Below are positions 47,601 through 60,869 of a DNA stretch of 64,000 bases, in pieces. This DNA is from Hypanus sabinus (lineage: Eukaryota). The notes under the pieces were generated by a model. The model worked only from the letters and a program-made list of their open reading frames with translations. It was not told the origin of the DNA and did not search any database. The stretch lies in NCBI RefSeq assembly GCF_030144855.1, contig NC_082710.1:150164001-150228000 (forward strand), in the 5' to 3' direction. A program made the translations under genes and the position numbers. The first letter of the stretch is position 1. Every line of letters starts with the position of its first letter.

Positions 47601-50600
47601 GGATCTCAGTTAAATCTACCAGATATTAAAAGGCCTGGATGGAGTAGATATGGAGAGTAATTTTCCATTGGTAGGTGAGTCTAGGATTCAAAGACGCAGC
47701 CTCAGAATAAAGGGATGTCCCTTTAGAACTTAAATGAAAGATAATTTCCTCAGCCAGAGGGTGGTGAATCTGTGGAATTCGTGATCACTGACGGCTATGG
47801 AAGCCGAGTCATTGGGTGTATTTAAGGTAGAGACTAGGTGTTCTTGGTTGGTTTGGAGCTTAAGGTTTACAGGGAGGAAGCAGGAGAATGGGGTTGGAAA
47901 ATAAATAATCAGCTGTGATTGAATGGTGGAGCAGACTTGATTAGCCAAATGGCCTAATTCTGCTCCTATAACTTGTATTCAGGAAACCACACCGGCTAAG
48001 AGTGAACATCAGGCAAACTAATGTTTGCTTTTTCAATGGCCGATGTAAATACTTGAATGGTTAAGGACTCCTGGTGGGTGAGACTAGAACTAGGGGCATT
48101 GCCTCAAGACTCAGGGGAGAAGATTTAGGACGGAGATGAGAAAAAACTGCTTTTCGCAGAGAGTGGTGAATCTGTGGAACTCTCTGCCCAGGGAAGCAGT
48201 TGGGGTTCTTCACTAAATATATTTAAGATACAGTTATATAGATTTTTACATAGTAGGGTAATTAAGGGTTATGGGGAAAAGGCAAGTAGATGGAGCTGAG
48301 TTTACGGACAGATCAGCCATGATCTTATTGAATGGCGGGGCAGGCTCGCTGGGCCGGATGGCTTACCCCTGCTCCTATTTCTTATGTTCTTACATTCCTG
48401 TAGAGGGTTGATGTTGATGTTGAAAAATGTTTTATGTTTTACAGTTAAGCTGGTACACTGACCCATTTATTTCTCCCTCCACTCGCTAGTTAGTGAAGAG
48501 GTGTCCTGTTTTTAATCCCCTCTATTCTGTACGTACCCCTGCTAACCCAGGGTTCCCGAATTGTGTTTCCACAGGGCACGTTCCTGGTGATCCAAGCTGT
48601 TGCCAAAGCTTTAATAAACAGTGGGACCAAGAAGGGCTCCATCATCAACCTGGGGAGCATTGTGGGGAAGGTATGGACTGATGACACAGTAGAGGGGCTT
48701 GGGTTTGTGACCTTTGTTGGCTCTCTGCGGAAACAGTGCCCAAACGTGTGATCAGCTGCTGGAAGGAAAGAGTGGAGCCGGGGGAAGGCACAATACTTAA
48801 ACTTCCACAGCCCTCCAGGGGAGGAAACTCAAAGGTTTCCAATTCCCCAATGTGAAGAAGTTTCTCCTAACCTCAGTTCTAAATGGCCTATCCTTTACCC
48901 TCAAACTCTGGACCCCCCCCCCCCCCCACTGAGTCCAAGACTCCTTAGTTGGGAAATATTCTTCCTCATCTATCTAATCAAGTCTTAAGAGTCATACAGT
49001 ACACAAACAGTTCCTTCAGCACACCTTGTCCACACTGACCAAGATTTATGCTAGTCCCAAGTATTTTTTCATTATATTGTCACCATGCCTCATACTAATT
49101 TTATTTTCTAATTTGTTTTATTTAATTAACTAATTGTTGAGCTGATCTTTAAGAATATTGTAGGCTTTGACAGATTTCCTCTCATTCTCCTGTCCTTCAA
49201 TGCTTACAGGCCTAGTCTACATAATCTCACTTCAGCGGCAAACCCGCCATCTTGGATTCAGCCTTGTGAATCTTTGCCGTACCCCTTCCGTTGCTAGTAC
49301 GTTTTTCCTTAGTTATGGGGCCAAAATTCCAGTTGTGGCCTTATCAAAGCCCTGTACAATTCCAATAAGATTTCCTTACTCTAGGTATCAAATCCTTTGA
49401 TAATAAAGTTGCCTAGCTAAACCAATTGCTTGTATTTGCCCCATATCCCTCTCAACCAGGGTTTCCCAAACTATGGTCCACAGACCCTAATGGTAATTAG
49501 TAGTAGTAATAATTAATAGTAGCATAAAAAAAAGTTGGGAACGCTTGCACTATACCTTTCCTATCCATCTACCTGCCAAAATGTTTTTTAAATGTAATTA
49601 TACCTGCCTCTACTACTTCCTCTGGCAGTTCATTCCATATACCCTCCATTTTCTCTGTGATATATTTGTCCCACATGTCCCCTTTAAATGTTTCCCTCTC
49701 ACCTTAAATAGATGCCCACTGGCTTTAGATTCCCCTGCTTTGGGAAAAAGACCTGACCAATTATCAGCCCAATGCTCATCATGATTTTATAAATCTCTAG
49801 AAGGTAAGCCTTCAGCCTCCTACACTCCAGACTAGCCAGTCTTTTGGAGAATCTCTTTTGCATCTTTTCCAGCCTGATGACATTTTTCTGTAGTGACCTG
49901 AACTGCACCCAGTGATCCACGTACATTCTCACCATCATGTACTCCTGTAATCATTACCCTGTCTGATGAAAGCAAGCATCACCTTAATTATTAAGTTCAC
50001 TTCTGTGATGAAGAGTTAGTCATATGAGAAGAGATTTATCAGACTGCACCAACCCTGTACAGTTTGGAAGAGGTGGTTTCATTGAACTGTATGAAGTTCA
50101 TACATGATTTGACAGGATAGATGTGGAATTGATGATCTCTCCAGGGTTTCTAGAACCAGAAAATACAGCCATTCATGAGGAGAAATTTATTTGTCAAGAG
50201 GTGGTGAATCTGTGGAGGATTCAGCCTGAAGAAACTATGGAAACTCTGACCATCTCAGCAAGGCCAACTCCTGCTTCTGTGTGTCGTGTTCACGGCCACA
50301 GGAGTCTCTGGAAACGACTGCTCCAGCTCGCAGTCTACTTCAGTACAGAGACACTGAAAGGAGTGTCTGACACCGCCTGCTCATTTCAGTCTGGCAGTGG
50401 CCCAGCTTTGAGGGGCTTAGAGAAGAGGGGCTTTGAGGAGAGAAGTGCTGGGAGGGATTGGGAGGAGAGTTCATTCCTGTGTGAGGAGATTAACAATTGC
50501 TTTGCTGCACTGTGACAGGTTGGAAATCTGGGACAGGCAAATTACACGGCATCAAAAGCTGGAGTAGTGGCTCTGACAAAGACCAGTGCAAAAGAGCTGG

Positions 50601-53600
50601 CCAGGTATTGTGAGTGTGTACGTGTGTGTTATGTGTGCGCCTGTCTTCACATTAACTTTCCCCCCTGTTCCCTACAGTCCCCTACACCCCTCCAGTTGCC
50701 CCTGTCTGTTAGGTAACTGAGGTAACTGTTCTAGGTCAGTTAGGGAATTTGGCCTGCACAGACAAGGTGGGCCAAAGGGCCTGTTTCCTTGCTGTATCAC
50801 TCTGATCCTCTGGAAAGTTTAAATCCTTCACTCTCAGGTCTGATTGAACCCGAGCAACACCAATGTGACCCCTTCTTTATTACAAAACTATCAAAGCGTC
50901 AAGAAAGAAATGCTGTAGGTGGAAGCTAGAGGCGACCACAAGTCCCAAGCTCTCACTTACCTCTGGAACCATTTGCTGTTTCCTGACCCTGTCAGTAGGT
51001 TCTGAGTACAGGACCCAAAAATATCCAATGCTGAAGATTGTTGGAAGTGTTGTTGTAAAACTGAGGTTGCAATCAAATTATCGTCATCACCCTCCCACCC
51101 CAGCAGAGTAACAATGTGATCCTGACAACCTTGCATTCTACTGTCCCTCTCGGTGCTGTTTTATCTCCCAAAAGCCTCCTCCCAGGTGGTTGTGCATCCC
51201 TCCATTTGATGCCTTGTCTCATCAAAATCCTAACACAGTCTTCATCATGTTCAGATACCACTCCCCAACCCGATATCCTTCCAGGCCTGTTTGCAAAATG
51301 GGTGATCAGCTGCAGGCCATGTCCACCTCTGCCTCCATTGCCTTCCTGATTTCTGTACAGTCCTTACGTAGGGTTGCATTTTCATGTTCTTAGTTGGAAC
51401 CTCCTAGCGTTCCGTCTGTTGCTTCCTATTTTTCATTTACATTTCTCCTTTCAGTGACGTCCAAAAAACATGTCAGCTTCACATTGGTACACTTAGCTCC
51501 ACCTCACTGCCATCTCCCCTGACTGTGTCACTGCCTTGTTCCATGAGAACAGAAACTACCCCCAACTAAGTATGGTGAAAACCTCAAAGCAGTAGTCTTC
51601 ATTTTGTGTGACATTTCCTCAGCCTTATCTCTCTACGTGGCTTCTATCAGAGAGTTGTAGAGTTATACAACATGGAAACAGCCTCTTTGGCCCAACTTCC
51701 ATTGAAGTGGTTCCGTTTGTTTGTGTTTGGCCCATATCTCTCTCACCCTTCTTATCTATGTACCTGACCAAGAGTGTTAAACATTGTAACTGTACCCACC
51801 TCTACCTATTCCCATGGCAGCTCACACAGTCCTCTGTGTGAAATAGTTGCCCTATAGATCTCTCGTAATTTGTTCCACTTCCATCTTAAACCTGTGCCCT
51901 CTAGTTTTAGACTTGTGATTATGATTATCTATATATTAATGCCCTTCATGGCTTTATAAATCTCTGTAAAGTCACGTCTCAACCTCCTTCGCTCCAGTAA
52001 AAACTGTCCCAGCCTCTCCACAGTCAGAATTCAAGCCCTCGCAGGTCCCAGCAGTGTCCTGGTGGTTCTCCTCAGCACAGCATCATCACAGGATGCAATG
52101 CAGTGATCCGCCCAGACTATAACAGCATTTCTCAGTCCCACATCCTGTAACACCCAGAAAGCCTAGGATAGCAGGAACGGAGAGCTCCTTCCCAGTGGTA
52201 GGCTGAACTGACTTGGAAGTGTTTTGCCTTTCCTTCACCACTGTGGGTTCTACATTCCTGAGCCCTCTCCCCTGCAGAGCTGCGGGGGGACCTTTGTCTG
52301 AAGGACTGCACCGGTTTGTTAAGGTAAAGCACCAACACCTTCTCCAGGATAATTAGGGAAAGGCACCAAACTTGGCCGCGACGCACTGTCAAGATCCCGA
52401 AATGTGAACAAAGTAGCATCAGCGCTGCCTCAATGCACCTGCTGCTGAAACTCTCATTGATACCTTTCCTGCCTTTTGACTTGACAATTTAAAATCATTC
52501 CAGTCCAACCTCCCATCTCCCTCCTACACTAATGAGCTTCTCCAAAATCTGCAGCCAGTATCTTAATGCGACCCTTACCCCATGATCCATCCACACATGA
52601 TTCCGGTCCAGATTCACCCACGGTCCTGTTTCGGTTCTCTTCCCCATACCCTTGCCCATCGGTTTCTTTCTGCCCTTCACCTTGTAGTTCCCATTACCAA
52701 TCTGTCTTACTGTTATTAGCCAGGAAAGTGCACCAATACCTCTACTTCTTCAGGAGGCTAAAGAACATTGGTCTGTCTACATTGACCCTCACCAGCTTTT
52801 ATCAACATACTGTGGAAAACATCTCATTGGATGCATCTTGGCTTAGTACGGCAACTGCTCTGCCCAAGACCACAAGAAACCATAGAGTTTTGTGAACAGA
52901 GCTCAGAAACCGGGCTCCTCTATGTAGAGCCAGTGTACATCTCTTGCTGCATCAGTACACAGCCAGCATAATAAAAGACATCTCTCACCCTAGACATTCT
53001 CGCTTCTTCCCAGCCCTTGTATCGGGCAGAAGATACGAGGAACATGAAAACACGTTAAACAGTCTCAAGGATACCTTCAATCTCACAGTTATGTCTATTG
53101 AATGGACCTCTTGTAAGATAAGATAGGCTCTTGACTTCACAACCTACCTTGCCGTGGTCTTGGACCTTATTGTCTGCTGGCACTGTGTTTCTCTGTAACT
53201 GTGACACTATATTCTGCATTGTTATTGTTTTTTTCTTGTACTGATCCAATGGATGATCTAATATGGTATGCAAAACAAACATTTTCACTGTACCTGAATA
53301 CATGTGACAGTAGTAAACCAATTTAGCTGTGTGACCCTGGTCCATCTCATGCAGTGAGTCCACAATCACTATCTTCATTCTGCAGGTTTGGCATCAGGTG
53401 CAATGCCATCCTCCCAGGATTCATTGACACGCCAATGACTGCCAAAGTGCCCCCGAAAGTACTGGACAAGGTAAGGCCAAAGTGGGTACAGCAACTCATC
53501 CCTCAGATGAGACAGGACTGTGGGGTCACAGCACTTAGACAGCTTCAGTCCTTGGGATTAAAGCACTCATCTTGAAACATGCTCTATTTTTATTTCCCTC

Positions 53601-56600
53601 GTCTCAGTCATTGAAGGGTCAACTGTTCAGGCCAGAGATAGGGAGAATTAGCTTCACTCAGAGGGTGCGGCCTGTGGAAATCTGTGGCCCAGAGGTTTTT
53701 TCATTCAAAGCAGAGGATGATCAGAGCTGGCATGGAGGGGTGTCTGACTGGTCTCTGCCTCCCATCCCATTCAGGACACTCTGTCCCTTATGGGACGGAT
53801 GACATGTTGTCCTGTGGATGCCCACACACGGGGAACACAGACACCCAGAAAGCCAGGACATGGCTCCATATGTCCAGACGACACAGTCCCCCAGTCTGAG
53901 GAGGCAAGGATGTCTGGATGCAGGGGTTGCAGACACCCAGTCACGTGGGACTTGGTTCTCCAGAAACACAGCATATAGTTCCATGGACTCTCATGTGGGG
54001 CACAATTTTGTGTAGAGTACAAGATGGTGTGGTTCCTCACCCCCTTAGACAGGCCATCATTCCTCACTGCTTAACTCTGTGTTTAGTTCCACCTTGATGC
54101 CACTGGACACCTTCCTTTGCTTCCAAATTAGAATCAAGTTTATTTTCACGGAGAAGCAAGGGAGGAGATTGCTGATGATTTTGATGATTCTGGTGATGAT
54201 TTTTGCATCATCAATAGGGACGGGAGAAGTACTGGAGGATTGGAGGATTGTAAGTATTGTTCCTTTTTTCTAGAAAGGGAGTAGAGATAACCCAGGCAAT
54301 TATAGACCAGTGAGTCTTACTTCAGTGGTGGGCAAGTTGTTGGAGAAGATCCTGAGAGGCAGGGTTTATGAGCATTTAGAGAGACATAATTTGATTAGGG
54401 ATAGTCAGCATGGCTTTGTCAAGGGCAGTTGTACTTTACAAGCCTGATTGAATTCTTTGAGAATGTAACAAAACACATTGATGAAGGTAGAACAGTGGAT
54501 ATAGTTTATATGGATTTCAATAAGGCATTTGATAAGGTTCCCTATGCAAGGCTCTTTCCGAAAGTAAGGAGGCATGGGATCCAAGGAGACCTTGCCTTGT
54601 GGATCTTAGATTTTCAAAAGGCTTTTGTCAAGGTCCCACATAGGAAATTAGTGTGCAAACTTAAAGCACACGGTATTGGGGGTATGGTATTGATGTGGAT
54701 AGAGAATTGGTTGGCAGACAGGAAGTAAAGAGTGGGGGTAAACGGGACCTTTTCAGAATGGCAGGCAGTGACTAGTGGGGTACCGCAAGGCTCAGTGCTG
54801 GGACCCCAGTTGTTTACAATATATACTAATGATTTAGACGAGGGAATTAAATGCAGCATCTCCAAGTTTGCAGATGACATGAAACTGGGCGGCGGTGTTA
54901 GCTGTGAGGAGGATCCTAAGAGGATGCAGGGTGACTTGGATAGGTTAGGTGAGTGGGCAAATTCGTGGCAGATGCAATTTAATGTGGATAAATGTGAGAT
55001 TATCCACTTTGGTTACAAGAACAGGAAAACAGATTATTATCTGAACGATGGCCGATTAGGAAAAGGGGAGGTGCAACGAGACCTGGGTGTCATTGTACAC
55101 CAGTCATTGAAGGTGGGCATGCAGGTACAGCAGGCGGTGAAAATGGCAAATGGTATGTTGGCATTCATAGCAAAAGGATTTGAGTACAGCAGCAGGGAGG
55201 TTCTACTGCAGTTGTACAAGGCCTTGGTGAGACCACACCTAGAGTATTGTGTGCAGTTTTGGTCCCCTAATCTGAGGAAAGACATTCTTGCCATAGAGGG
55301 AGTACAGAGAAGCTTCACCAGATTGATTCCTGGGATGGCAGGACTTTCGTATGAAGAAAGACTGGATCAACTAAGCTTATACTCACTGGAATTTAGAAGA
55401 TTGAGGAGGGTTCTTATTGAAACTTATAAAATTCTAAAGGGATTGGACAGGCTAGATGCAAGAAGATTGTTTCCGATGTTGGGGAAGTCCAGAATGAGGG
55501 GTCACCGTTTAAGGATAAAGGGGAAGCCTTTTAGGACTGAGATGAGGAAAATCTTCTTCACACAGAAAGTGGTGAGTCAGTGGAATTCTCTGCCACAGGA
55601 AACAGTTGAGGCCGGTTCATTGGCTATATTTAAGAGGAAATTAGATATGGCCCTTGTGGCTAAAGGGATCAGGGGGTATGGAGAGAAAGAAGGTACAGAG
55701 TTCTGAGTTGGATGATCAGCCATGATCATACTGAATGGCGGTGCAGGCTCAAAGGGCCGAATGGCCTACTCCTGCACCTATTTTCTATGTTTCTATGGAT
55801 CTAGAATTGGCTTGCCTGCAGAATGCAAAGGGTGGTTGTAGATGGTTCGTATTCTGCATGGAGGTTGGTGACTAGTGGAGTTCCATGGGGATCTGTTTTG
55901 GGACCCCTCCTATTAGTGATCTTTATAAGTGACCTGGATGAAGAAGTAGAAGGGTGGATTAGTAAGATTGCTGATGACACAAAGGTTGCAGGTGTTGTGG
56001 ATAGTGTTGTGTCTGTCAGAGGCTACAGTGGGACATCGATAGGATGCAGAACTGGGCTGAGAAGTGACAGATGGAGTTCAACCCAGATAAGTGTGAAGTG
56101 GTTCATTTTGGTAGGTCAAATTTGAAGACAGAATATAGTATTAATGGTAAGACTCTTGGCAGTGTGGAGGATCACAGAGATCTTGGGACACTCAAAGCTG
56201 CTGCGCAGGTTGACACTGTTGTTAAGAAGGAGTATGGTGTGATGGCCTTGGGCCTCAACCGTGGGATTGAGTTCAAGAGCTGTGAGGTAATGTTACAGCT
56301 GTACAAGACCTTAACCAGACCCCACTTGGAGTACTGTCTTCAGTTCTGGTCACCTCTCTACAGGAAGGATGTGGAAACTATAGAGATGATGCTGGGGAGA
56401 TTTCCAAGGATGTTGCCTGAATTGGAAAGTGTACTTTATGAGAAAAGATTGAGTGAACTTGGTCTTTTTTCCTCGAAGTGATGGAGGATGAGAGGTGACC
56501 TGATAGAGGTCTATAAGATGATGAGAGTCATTGATCGTGTGGATAGCCAGAGGCTTTTTTCCAGGGCTGAAAAGGCTAACATGGAGCATAGTTTTAAGTT

Positions 56601-59600
56601 GCTTGGAAATAGGTTCAGAGGGGATGTCAGGGGTAAGTTTTTCCCAGAGAGATTGGTGGGTGTGTGGAATGCACTGCCATCGAAGGTGGTAGAGGCGAAT
56701 TCAATAAGGCCTTTTAAGAGACTCTTAGATGGGTACTTGTAGACAAATAGAGCCCTTTGCAGTAGGGTAATTCCAGGCAGTTTCTAGAGTAGGTTACATG
56801 GGCAGCACAACATTGTGGGCTGAATGCCCTGTAATGTGCTATAGATTTTTATGTTCTATGTTCACTGACATAATGACATGAAATTTGCTTTGTGGCAGCA
56901 GTACAGTGCAGGACATAAAGAATAAGCTATAATAAAAAATCTCTTTCTTTTTTCCTGAACATTTTGGCGAAAGGTCTCATCCTGAGTTAATGCAGACACA
57001 GCAGGAGATTCAGGACATGATTCTGATCAGGAATCAGTTGCCTTGTTTTCTGGACCTGAAGCTTTGTAACCAGTATAGTCAGGAGGTGTAATTAACTCAC
57101 AGATACTGTAATCTTTTCCTGTCGACATAAAACAAGAAGCTTCCTTTACTGTCTGAGAGCTGGTTACAGACCAGCTAGTGTTTGTGAATGTCAGAATATG
57201 ATATGCAGCCTGGGAATGTGGAATGCAATGTGTTTAGTCTGCTGTTGGTGGCTGACTGAATCATTTATGGTTTAACAGATTGTGTCAGTTATAAGTTACT
57301 GATTGATCTGTCTGTTAGTATGCATTCGGACTCTGTGAACCTCTCACTGACATTGAGACATGAAGGCAGTGCAAATATTGACAGCAGCAAACAGATTTAG
57401 TTAGTCAATTAATTAATTTGCCTTGGCTTTGCTCCCAGTAACTTAACCAGATGAATGACTCTGTGAACAGATTGCCCTTGTCTGCCTGAACAGTACTGTG
57501 ACACCCTTGGAAGCAGATGGAATTTGGGGTACCAGGGTATTTTGGTCAACTTGCTGAATCATAGTTATGCAGCACAAGAACTGTCCCTTTGACCCAACTT
57601 ATTTATACTGAACAAGGTGTCTTCCTGAGCTAGTCCCATTTGTCTGTGTTTGGCCCTTATTCCTCCATTTCTATCCACATACCAAATGTTGTTAAATATT
57701 TTAATTGTACTGCCTGTTCCCGTGTTTCATGTACCCATCGCCCTGAGTGAAAAACATAGTTCAGATTTTTGCATAGTAGAGGAATTAAGGGTTATGAGGA
57801 AAAGGCAGGTAGGTGGAGATGAGTCCATGGCCAGGTGAGCCACGATCTTATTGAATGGCGGAGCAGGCTCGACGGGTCAGATGGCCGACTCCTGCTCCTA
57901 TTGTTTATGTTCTTATGTTCCCCTTAAGCTTTTCCACTCTCAGCTTAAACCTGTACCCTATGGCTTTTGATCTCCCTACCCTGGAAAAGAGTACGATCAT
58001 TCACCTTATCCTGATTTTATACACTTCTGTAATGTCACTTCTCATGCTTTGTTCCCCAGAGAAAATGGCCCCAGTTGTCCAGACTCTTTATAACTCAAAC
58101 CCTCCAGTCCCAATAACATCCTTGTGAATCTTTTCCTCACCTTATCTATTTTTTTACTTCCTTCCTGTTTCTAATACTGGACTCGTACAGACCTCCAAGT
58201 GTGGTCTCGCAAACGTCTTGTACAGCCCTGTTTGTGACTTGTCAACTTATACTCGGTGCCCTGGCAGATGAAAGACAAGTGTGCCAAACGTTATCTTCAT
58301 CACTTTGGTTACATTCTCTGTTGCGACTTTCAGGAAACTAAGTACTTGTACCTCTAGGTCCCACTTTTTAACAACAATTCCCAGTGCCCTGCTGTTCACT
58401 GTGTAAGACCTACACTAGTTCAACTTCCCAATATGCCATATTCTTGCACATGTCATTCCCTCTGCCATTCTTGAGCCCACTTCCCCTGTTGAACTGGACC
58501 CTATTGTAACTTTAGATAACCTCTTCCACTGTCACCACACCACCAGTTTTGCTGTTATCCATAAACTAACTGGCAATGCCATCTACATTTTCATCCATGT
58601 TGTTCATATATGTGATGAATAATCCCTCTCCTGTCTTCAAGGTTTTGCAGTTGGTGCCCATGGGACGTCTGGGAGATCCCTCTGGTGAGTAAGGCCACTT
58701 ACTTCAATCATTTCGTATTCTACAGCTTTCTCTTGGCTTTGTAAGTTAAAGCAGATGACTTTGAAATCATGAAAGGTGTGACTGCTGACACCACAAAGAT
58801 AGGGGGGAAGTAAGTTGTGAAGAAGAGATGAAGAGACTACAAGGGAATATTGGTAAGTAACTGCTGGATGGAGCATAGAGTCATACAGGACAGGAAACAG
58901 GCCCTTTGGCCCAACATGCCCATGCCAACCATGTTGCCCAATTGAGCTAGTCCCAGCTGTCTGTTTCTGGTCCTTTATCCCTCTAAACCTTTCCTATCCT
59001 AGTAATATGGGAAAATGTCCATATTGATGGGGAAAATTCAAAAAACAAATGTGGCCTGAGAGATTTCAGTGAGTGGAGATGTAGCAACCTCTGAGTGTCC
59101 TGGGGCATCATTCACAAATGGCTCATGTTCAGTTACAGTGAGTAATTGGGGAGCATACAAGGAGCTTGCTGGTGGGAACACACACAAAATGCTGGTGGAA
59201 CACAGCAGGCCAGGCAGCATCTATAAGGGGAAGCACTGTCGACGTTTCAGGCTGAGACCCTTCGTCAGGACTAACTGAAAGCTTAAACGTGGGGAAGCAA
59301 GCATTGTTGTTGAGAAATTCAATTCAAAAGTAAAGAGATTACAATTACATCAGGAATTGGTGAAATCACATCTAAGGGACCGTGTAACCCTTGTCAGAGA
59401 CCAAGAAGGTGTGAAACTTCAGGACATCATTGATGAGGTGGTGAAATAGGCAGAGCAATGGCATATGGAATTTAATTCTGGGAAGTGAGAGGTGATGGAA
59501 TTTTGGAGGATGAATTGGGGTCGGACATACTCTATGAATCGTGGCCCCAGGGAGATTGAAGAAGAGGGATCTTGGTGTTTAAGTCCAATGGTCCCTGAAG

Positions 59601-60161
59601 ATGGTAGTATGGGTGGTGAAGAAGGCATTAGGAGATACTTTCTTTAGTAGGTAGAGCATAGAATATTTGATTAGGGAAGTTACAGTACAGCTTTATGAAA
59701 CATTATTTAGGTCACAATTCTGGACAGGATTGATCTAGAGAAGGTACAGAGGGAACTTCTCCAGGAGAGACTGGAAAGGCTCAGTCTTTTTACCATGAAA
59801 CATGGGAGGCTGAAAGGGGACCTGATAGAGCTAGCCAGAATTATGAGGGGCATAGACAGGGTAGATAGATCCTGCAGATGTTGGAAATCCAGAGCAATGT
59901 ACGGTACTGATGAAAGGTCTTGATCTGAAATGTTGACTCTTTATTTCTCTCCATAGATGTTATTTTACTTGCTTAGTTCCTCCAGAATAGTCTTGGTGTA
60001 GATAAAAGTTAGTATGGATATGATGGGCCAAAGATAAGGAAATACTTTTTTCCTGTTCCTCATCTCTTGTCTGTATTTCTCTGTAGAAGTGGCTAACGTC
60101 TGTGCCTTCTTGGCCTCTGACGACAGCAGTTACATCACAGGAGCCAGCCTGGAGGTGACAG
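35370..60161 (+). CDS. HSD17B8: 17-beta-hydroxysteroid dehydrogenase 8 / 3-oxoacyl-ACP reductase alpha (Ke6), exons 1-8; final short exon not in window
   Basis: Exons 35370-35436, 36385-36581, 39767-39883, 48575-48670, 50519-50604, 53386-53470, 58642-58684, 60087-60161. SDR motifs: [46 protein letters not shown] (YxxxK), [29 protein letters not shown]. The translation follows the known HSD17B8 sequence. Confidence 0.95.
36385..36581 (+). CDS. HSD17B8: HSD17B8 exon 2
   Basis: [26 protein letters not shown]...DVTS; GT-AG sites. Confidence 0.92.
36820..37460. mobile_element. Penelope-type terminal repeats (inverted arms then purine-rich tract)
   Basis: acacacaaaatgctggaggaactc...gcagcatct and its inverse. 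Similar copies at ~1900-2220, 14270-14460, 18510-18900 and 26600-26920. Confidence 0.6.
39767..39883 (+). CDS. HSD17B8: HSD17B8 exon 3
   Basis: [39 protein letters not shown]. Confidence 0.93.
43833..44680 (-). mobile_element. Rex1/Babar-type LINE 3' fragment
   Basis: [45 protein letters not shown]; 3' AATAAA followed by a (GTCT)n tail. Confidence 0.85.
46274..47150 (+). mobile_element. CR1 LINE 3' fragment
   Basis: [28 protein letters not shown]; ttctatgt tail. Confidence 0.9.
46921..46999 (+). repeat. 11-bp tandem repeat (GATACAATAGG)n expanded inside a CR1 copy
   Basis: About 6-7 copies visible. Confidence 0.85.
47180..48390 (+). mobile_element. Two older CR1 3' fragments
   Basis: HLEYCEQFW motif and CR1 3' UTR ending ctcctgctcct..ttcttatg; boundaries approximate. 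Confidence 0.7.
48575..48670 (+). CDS. HSD17B8: HSD17B8 exon 4
   Basis: [32 protein letters not shown]. Confidence 0.93.
50519..50604 (+). CDS. HSD17B8: HSD17B8 exon 5
   Basis: [29 protein letters not shown] (catalytic YxxxK). Confidence 0.93.
53386..53470 (+). CDS. HSD17B8: HSD17B8 exon 6
   Basis: [28 protein letters not shown]. Confidence 0.93.
54146..56842 (+). mobile_element. Host CR1 LINE (54146-54606 + 55796-56842)
   Basis: Decayed RT ([28 protein letters not shown]) that is colinear across the insertion; ttctatg tail. Confidence 0.88.
54607..55795 (+). mobile_element. Young 5'-truncated CR1 LINE nested in an older CR1
   Basis: 324-aa open RT/C-terminal ORF ([30 protein letters not shown]); (TTCTATGT)n-type tail; TGGATCT at both junctions (54600-06, 55796-802). 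Confidence 0.9.
57555..58610 (-). mobile_element. Decayed CR1 with a short plus-strand CR1 3' end inserted (~57755-57920)
   Basis: Homology by eye to the other CR1 copies in the window. Confidence 0.6.
58642..58684 (+). CDS. HSD17B8: HSD17B8 exon 7
   Basis: [14 protein letters not shown], 43 nt. Confidence 0.9.
59238..59271 (-). ncRNA. Minimal type-I hammerhead ribozyme-like motif in a Penelope-type repeat
   Basis: The minus strand reads GTC-CTGACGA-AGG(GTCTCAG)CCT-GAAAC-GTC-GAC: intact core, stem I GTC/GAC, palindromic ACGT stem III. Confidence 0.5.
60087..60161 (+). CDS. HSD17B8: HSD17B8 exon 8
   Basis: [26 protein letters not shown]. Confidence 0.92.
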
Positions 60162-60869
60162 GTGAGACACGTGGTCCTACATGTCATTGTCAAGCTTGTG
60201 TCACATTATTCTGACCAACTACATAAAGGTCAATAGGGAGCTGTAATATGGCACAAATGGCCAGTGTACCATACTGTCCTTAACATCATACAAATAGTAT
60301 GTGAACATCTATAAGGGCTATAAATAAAAATATATGTAAATGCAGTAAGAGTATATATTACCATTCTGCTGCCTATGTAACTAAAACAAATGCTAAATTG
60401 TGATTAAATCACATTCATAGTCATACAGTGTAGAAACGGGCCCTTCAGCCCAACTCATCCATGCTGACTTTGTTGCCTACCTGAGCTAATCTCATTTGCC
60501 TGCATTTGGCCCATACCCCTCCAAACCTTTCTTGTCCACAATTCTGTCCAGTGTCTTTTAAATATTATTATTGCACCTGTCTCAACCACTTCCTTTGGCA
60601 GAGAATGTGACTTTCCCACACAGATGGTGGTTCCAAATAGTAACCTTCCTCTGTGTGGGGGAAAACCTACCCCTCAGGTCCCCTTTAAGTCTTTTCCCTC
60701 TCATCTTAAATCTATGTTCTCTAGTTTTAGACTTCACTACCCTAGGAAAAAGACTGACCACCCAGATTATCTGTGCTGCTCATGATTTTCTATATCTCTG
60801 TAAGGTCTCCTGCTAGCCTCCTATGCTTAAGGGAGAAAAGCTCAGCGGTATCTGTATTTCCATATTAAG

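Noticed and set aside
54732-55706. 324-aa ORF as a host gene
   Set aside because: CR1 reverse transcriptase fragment within HSD17B8 intron 6.
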